Positions 32,333 to 38,157 of a stretch of 38,157 nt of DNA are shown in pieces; position 1 is the first letter of the stretch; every line of letters starts with the position of its first letter. Both the position numbers and the translations under genes were made by a program. The stretch spans positions 10,185,358 through 10,223,514 of the forward strand of contig NC_057753.1 of NCBI RefSeq assembly GCF_004010195.1, given 5' to 3'. Under the pieces are notes generated by a model. The model did not search any database and was not told the origin of the DNA. It saw only the letters and a list, made by a program, of their open reading frames with translations. The DNA is from Chiloscyllium plagiosum. Its lineage: Eukaryota.

Positions 32333-32605
32333 ACATAGAGATATACAGCATGGAAACACACCCTTCGCTCCAACTTGTCCATACCGACCACATATCCTAA
32401 CCTAATCAAGTCCCATTTGCCAGCACTTGGCTTATATCCTTCTATACCCTTCCTATTCATATAACCATCCAGATGCCTTTTAAATGTTGGAATTGTACCA
32501 GCCTCCATCACTTCCTGGGGCATCTCATTTCTTATACGCACCACACTCTGAATGCACCTTCGGTCCCTTTTAAATCCCCCCGCCTCCTCACCCCTAACCT
32601 TTTCC
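32333..32605 (-). mobile_element. CR1/HER1 3' tail
   Basis: AGTIPTFKRHLDGYMNRKG motif and tail. Confidence 0.8.
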
Positions 32606-32610
32606 CCGCT

Positions 32611-33548
32611 GGGGCAGCACAGTGGCTCAGTGGTTAGCACTGTTGCCTCTCAGCAGCAGGGACCCGGGTTCAATTCCTGCCTTGAGTGACTGTCAGTGTG
32701 GAATTTGGACATTTTCCCTGTGTCTGCGTGGGTTTCCTCCAGGTGCTCTGGTTTCCTCTCACAATCCAAAAATGTGCAGGTTCGTTGAATTGGCCATGCT
32801 AAATTGCCCATTGTAAACCTCCACCCACACCACCTCCCTCACCTCCATCCAAGGCCCCAAAGGAGCCTTCCACATCCATCAAAGTTTTACCTGCACATCC
32901 ACCAATGTCATTTATTATATCCGTTGCTCCCGATGCGGTCTCCTCTACATTGTGGAACTGGATGCCGCCTAGCAGAGCGCTTTAAGGAACATCTCTGGGA
33001 CATCCGCACCAATCAGTCACACCGCTCTGTGGCCCAACATTTCAACTCCCCCTCCCACTCAGTCGAGGACATGGAGGTCCTGGGCCGCCTCCACTGCCGC
33101 TCCCTCACCACCCGAAGCCTGGATGAAGAAGGCCTCATCTTCCGCATTGGAACACTTCAACCCCAGGGCGTCAATATGGACTTTACCAGTTTCCTTACTT
33201 CCCCACCTCACCCCAGTTCCAAACTTCCAGCTCACCACTATCCCCATGACTTGTCCTACCTGCCTATCTTCCTTTCCACCTATCCATTCCACCCTCCTCT
33301 CTGACCTATCAACTTCATCCCCACCTCCATTCACCTATTGTCTACTCTAATCCAGAATCTGGTTTCCAGCATCTGCAGTCATTGTTTTTACCTAAATTGC
33401 CCATAGTATCCAGGGATGTGGAAGTTACGTGCATTAGTCTGGGATAAATGTAGAGTCGTGGAGGAATCGGTCTGGATGGGTTACTCATCAGAGGGTCAGT
33501 GTGGACTGTTGGGCCAAAGGGCCTGTTTCCACACTGTAGGGACTCTAA
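32611..33548 (+). mobile_element. HE1-type SINE split by a Penelope insertion
   Basis: A box TGGCTCAGTGG and B box GGTTCAATTCC. The body resumes at 33405. Confidence 0.85.
32812..33391 (+). mobile_element. 5'-truncated Penelope-like element (GIY-YIG endonuclease plus pLTR tail)
   Basis: FTCTSTNVIYYIRCSRCGLLYI / TGCRLAERFKEHL..VAQHFN..LQPQGVN. 13-bp TSD CTAAATTGCCCAT at 32799-32811 and 33392-33404. Confidence 0.9.
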
Positions 33549-33554
33549 GTAGTT

Positions 33555-33860
33555 GTGGACTCCCCTATCCCAGGGAATATACCTTGCCTATCATACCCTA
33601 TCCCCATGCCCTTCATGATATTATAAACATCTGTAAGGTCACCCCTCAGCCTCCAGTGCCCAAGGGAAAACAGCCCCTCCCTACTCAGCTCAAACTCTCC
33701 AACCCTGGCAACATCTTTGTAAATATTTTTTGAACCCTTTCAGGTTTCGCAACATCCTTCTGATCGGAGGGAAACCAGAATTACAAACAATATTTCAAAA
33801 GTGGCCTAATCAATGTCCTATGCCACCACAACATAACCAACTAACTCCAATACTCAGTTG
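33555..33860 (-). mobile_element. CR1 3' fragment
   Basis: Similar to 18780-19090. Confidence 0.7.
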
Positions 33861-34116
33861 AAGGATTGGGCAAGTTTTCAAACCCCACAAAAAGCAACCA
33901 CGAAAGAATAGAAAGACAAATGGAACTTTTGAGGGTCAGCTTAGAAGCATCAATGCCTCGAGGCATAGATCCTTTTGTTACACAATGATTGTTCAATTCT
34001 GTGACCAAAATAATTGGATTCGTAATTATACCAGATATTCTCATTATCTCATGCAAGAACCCAGCCAAATTGTTTCAGACAGTACATTTACGTGATTTTA
34101 TACAATTCCCTATTCC

Positions 34117-34630
34117 CAGGATGTTGCCAGGAATGGAGGGTTTGAGTTATAAGGAGCCTGGATAGGCTGAGACGATCTTCTATTGGAGCTGAGGAAATTG
34201 ACAGATGACTTTACAGAGGTTTATAAAATCATGGGGGTATAGATAAGGTCTTTTTTCCTTTGGTTGATAGACAGGATGCTCATAGAATCCCTACACTGTG
34301 GAAACAGGCCCTTTAGCCTAACAAGTCCACACCGACCCTCCAAAGAGTAACCCACGCAGACCCATTCCCCTGTATTCACCCCTGATTAATTAACCTAACC
34401 TACACATCTATGGGCAACTGAGCATGGCAAATTCATCTAATCTGCACATCTTTGGATTGTGGGAGGAAACCAGAGGGTTTTGTTTTGTTTGGTCTCGTTA
34501 TTAGACTGTTAATTCCAGATTTATATTGAATTCAGATTCCATCATCTGCCGTGGCAGGTTTTGAACCCAGGTCCCCAGACCATTACCTGGGTGAATAGTC
34601 TGGCGACAATTCAAGTCGGCCATCGCCTCC
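34117..34630. mobile_element. CR1 fragment (+, 34117-34260), HE1 SINE 3' half (-, 34281-34472) and head of the second SINE family (-, 34500-34630)
   Basis: AGGATGTTGCCAGGAATGGAGGG; CATAGAATCCCTACACTGTGG; minus strand GGGGACCTGGGTTCAAAACCTGCCACGGCAG, resembling 12205-12250. Confidence 0.7.
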
Positions 34631-35269
34631 ACAGAACACATTGGCATATTATGTTTAGAGGTAACAAAGGAGCAAGGGACTTCAGCAGCTGCTGAGCTGT
34701 TGATATTACACAAGGGAAAATCAGCATTCTCAGTAATGGCACCTTCTGAAGCCAGGGCCTCACATCAGAGGTAAGGCCATGGGAGTCATCAGGAATAGGA
34801 ACAGCAGTCGGCCATTCGACCCCTTGAGCCTGGTCCTCCATTCAATAGGATCATGCCTGACCTGACATCCATGTCCACTTTCTGGCCCTTTCCCTGTATC
34901 CGTGGACCCCTGACTGATCGTGAATCTATAGTTCCCAGCCTGGGGTCTAGAGAGCAAAGGTCAACATTGGATTGAGAGCATCCTGTGTCATGCCAGTGAG
35001 GTAAAGGGTCGCTGATTTACTCAACTTATAAATTGGGGAGAAGGGGATGTTGCGATGGGCTTGTATTAGTTAGAGCTTAGAAGAATTAGATGAGGTGTAT
35101 GACATCCCGAGAGGACTTAACAATGTGAATGTAATGTCCACACATTTCTAGCTAGAGGCCAGAAATGAGTGGACACAGTTAACAAATAGGTGGCCTCTCA
35201 TTTAAGATAGGAGAGTTTTGTTTTTCTCTCAAGGGTTCCTGAGTCTTTGAAATTTACTCCTTTAGAGAG

Positions 35270-35566
35270 TAGCATGGGGTGGTGGCACAGTGGTTAGTAA
35301 TGCTGCCTGACAGCATCAGGGACAAAGGTTTGATTTCTCCTTTGGCCAACTGTGCAAACTCCACATACACATTCTCCCCGTGTGTATGTGTGGGTTTCTT
35401 CCGGGTGCTCCGGCTTCCTCCCACTGTCCAAAAAATGTGTGTTGGGGTGGATTGGCCATGGCAAATGCACAGTTACAGGGATAGGGTAGCAGAGTGGGTC
35501 TTGGTGGGACAGTCAGTGTCGACGTCATGGGCTGAATGGCCTGCTTGCGTGCTGTAGTGATTCTAG
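35270..35566 (+). mobile_element. HE1-type SINE
   Basis: GGTGGCACAGTGGTTAG head and HE1 body. Confidence 0.8.
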
Positions 35567-36089
35567 AACTGCCTGGAGCAATTGACCAGATGACATGTGG
35601 ACACTTTTCTTACACTGCTTTTATTCAAGGCTGCAGAGCCATTTCCACAAGGCGGCAACAAACTCTCCAATTAAAAGAAAACATCAGTTTTATATACTGT
35701 TGTGCTATTTTAAGAGCAGTTTACATAGATGAATCAATAGTATACACTTGTTTTATGTTTATCGATATTTGATTATAATTAGTGGTTCTGGTTATTTCAT
35801 CTGTCTTACCTTATCATATTCAACCAACTACAGCATCTAGACATTTGCCTAATTACAATATCCAATATCTGCAGAGTACATTTTCTTTTTATCTTGAACA
35901 CTGACTTGTGACCTTGTTGCTGTCAGAATGAGCCAAAAATTGATTAACTGGACAAAAAAAACTATAGAGAGTAGCTCCTGGGCTGAACGCAGCAGTGCCC
36001 ACTGGAAGCAAGGTTGGGGGGGGGGGGGGGTGGAGGCAGTCCAGCATAAAATACACTAAGCCCACTGACTCTCCCACTGTCAGAATGGG

Positions 36090-36884
36090 CAGGAGGTGAC
36101 CCAAGGCAGCATCACTGGGGAAATCGGATTGTTGGGAGCACTGGTGCCCCTGCTGGTGTTTCTGCAAGTTGCAGGACGACAAGAACTTCTGCCCACACTC
36201 AGGGCAGATGAACGGCCTCTCCCCAATGTGGACTTCCAGTGCCTCAGCAAGACGGATGAGTCAACGAAGCCCTTCCTGCGCTCGGAGCAGGCAAACGGTC
36301 GCCCGTCTGTGTGGACCTGCTGGTGGACAATGAGATGGGATGCTTGGGTAAAGCCCTTTCCACATTTGGAGCAGCTGAAGGGCCTCTCCGCGGTATGGAG
36401 CCGCTGGTGCCTCAGCAGGGCGGAGGAATTGCTGAAAGCTTTCCCACACTCGGGGCAGCTGAAAGGCTGCTCGCCAGAGTGGGCCAGCAGGTGGGAAGAA
36501 TGGCTGAAGGCCTTTCTGCACTCAGGGCAGGTGAATGGCCTCTTGCCCGTGTGAACCCACTGGTGCCTCTGCAGTGCATTGGAATTGCTGAAAGCCTTCC
36601 TGCACTCCTGGGCAGGAGAAGGGCCGCTCGCCTGTATGCACATGCCGATGAGTCAGCAGGATGGAGGCATCGCTGAATGCTTTCCCGCACTCAGAGCAGG
36701 AGAACGGCCTCTCTCCCGTATGGACCCACAGGTGGGTCAGCAGGTTGGAAGAATTGCTGAAGGCCTTCCCGCACTCTGGGCAGGAGAACAGCCTCTCCCC
36801 GGTGTGACTGCGCCGATGAGTCTCCAGGGCAGGCGGGAAACGGAAGCCTTTCCCACAGTCACCACACTTCCACGGTTTCTCCAT
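36090..36884 (-). pseudogene. C2H2 zinc-finger pseudogene, copy 5 (about 9 fingers)
   Basis: GCCATGG start at 36884, [14 protein letters not shown]. Frameshifts near 36610 and 36235, 12-nt deletion in finger 5, terminal stop lost. Confidence 0.88.
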
Positions 36885-37318
36885 GGCCAAAGCTTCAGCC
36901 GCACACAAACGTGTGCAACTCCTCTCCACTGTGAATTCCTCTTTCCAGGCTGTGTAACTGTTTCAGGCTCCACACTCAGTGCACTGCAACAGTAGGGCTT
37001 CTCATCCAGTCCCACTGATGCTGAAAACATACTCAAACAGGAACCAAAAGGCTTTGCTCCTTCTCACACAGACATAATTAAAAGTCATTGCCATTCCGAT
37101 GGACTGAGTGACTGTCAGACATTAACATGAAAGTGAGGAGTGCAGACGCTGACGGGGCTACTTCTGCATCGTGATGTCAAAAATGGGAAGAAGGTTCGCG
37201 GCGAGTCTGACAGTGGAGTCTGCGTTGTTCCTGCTCTGGACAGTCAGCTGCCTGGCCCATACTGTACCTTCGCTATCCTGAAGCAAAGGGCAGGAGAGTT
37301 GCAAATATCTCTTCCCTT

Positions 37319-37685
37319 CATAGAGTCCTTACCGTGTGGAAGCAGGCCACTCAGCACAACAAGTCCAACCCAACCCTCCGAACGGCAACACACCCAGACC
37401 CATTCCCCTACTCCCATTGCTCTACATTTACCCGTGACTAATGCACCTAACATAAACATCCCTGGGCACTATGGGACAATTTAGCATCGCCAAGACACCC
37501 CAACCTGCACATTCCTGGACACTATGGGTAATTAGGCACAGCCATTCCACCCTAACCTGCACATCCCTGGACACTATGGTTAATTTAGCATGGCCAACAT
37601 ACGAATAACCAGAACATCCTTGGGCATTGAGTAATTTAGCATGACCTGCGCATCGCTGGACAGTATGGGTAATTTAGCTCGGCTA
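37319..37685 (-). repeat. HE1 SINE 3' part with about 5 tandem copies of a roughly 52-bp internal unit
   Basis: Repeats of CCTAACCTGCACATCCCTGGACACTATGGGTAATTTAGCATGGCC-like sequence at 37446-37685. Confidence 0.8.
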
Positions 37686-37971
37686 AGGCCGAGGCTGCCA
37701 CAAGGTTGGAATTCTCTCCCAGAAATGACAGTTAATGGTGCCCTCACAAAGATGGCCGCCCACCCCAAGGCAACATGCGCCTTACCCTCATAAAGCTGGC
37801 GGGAGGTTGCCGGGCAACCCGAGAGGTCCTTCCCCAGTGAAGTAAACACTGGGGCTGTGGAGCTTTTATTTCTCCCCCTAGGAGTTTATAAACTCCCCAG
37901 TCTCTCTCCCTCCCGCGGTTTTCAATCCTACCCTGTCTCACTGTCTCCTCCCCCCAGGGGTAGGAGCGAGG

Positions 37972-38157
37972 TCATAGAATCATAGAGATGTACAGTAGGG
38001 AAACAGACCCTTCGGTCCAACCCGTCCATGCCGCCCAGATATCCCAACCCAATCTAGTCCCACCTGCCAGCACCCAGCCCATATCCCTCCAAACCCTTCC
38101 TATTCATATACCCATCCAAATGCCTCTTAAATGTTGCAATTGTACCAGCCTCCACCA
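37972..38157 (-). mobile_element. Young CR1/HER1 3' tail (runs off the window)
   Basis: Near-identical to 18490-18670. Confidence 0.88.

Noticed and set aside
32611..32685. tRNA-like A and B boxes (also about 410-480, 12170-12235, 22190-22239, 35275-35345)
   Set aside because: SINE heads continuous with SINE bodies; no complete cloverleaf.
36016..36030. G15 run
   Set aside because: Simple homopolymer expansion relative to the paralogue at about 30973; its length is unreliable.

Overview
Eukaryotic, repeat-dense DNA from a cartilaginous fish, most likely a shark. The taxon is inferred from HE1-type SINEs, HER1/CR1 LINEs and the [14 protein letters not shown] zinc-finger start. The window holds a cluster of five tandem-C2H2 zinc-finger (ZNF) loci with no KRAB, SCAN or BTB domain. 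One is intact (7 fingers, 17197-17868 +) and four are pseudogenes. Two loci have paralogous NRF1/CCAAT/ETS promoters with non-coding first exons, and there is an unassigned CpG-rich promoter at about 23.1-23.7 kb. Most of the rest is nested retroelements: CR1, Rex1/Babar, two SINE families and Penelope-like elements (PLEs). The most notable signal is a set of short PLE terminal-repeat (pLTR) insertions, often hairpins flanked by 7-16 bp target-site duplications (TSDs), that carry minimal hammerhead ribozyme motifs (CUGAnGA-stem II-GAAA-palindromic stem III-NUH). A disarmed copy is fixed in the predicted 5' UTR of four ZNF paralogues, and an intact-core copy lies on the sense strand just downstream of the only intact ZNF gene. 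Assembly gaps are at 6421-6485 and 22772-23070. All calls are by eye, and repeat boundaries are approximate unless a TSD is quoted.
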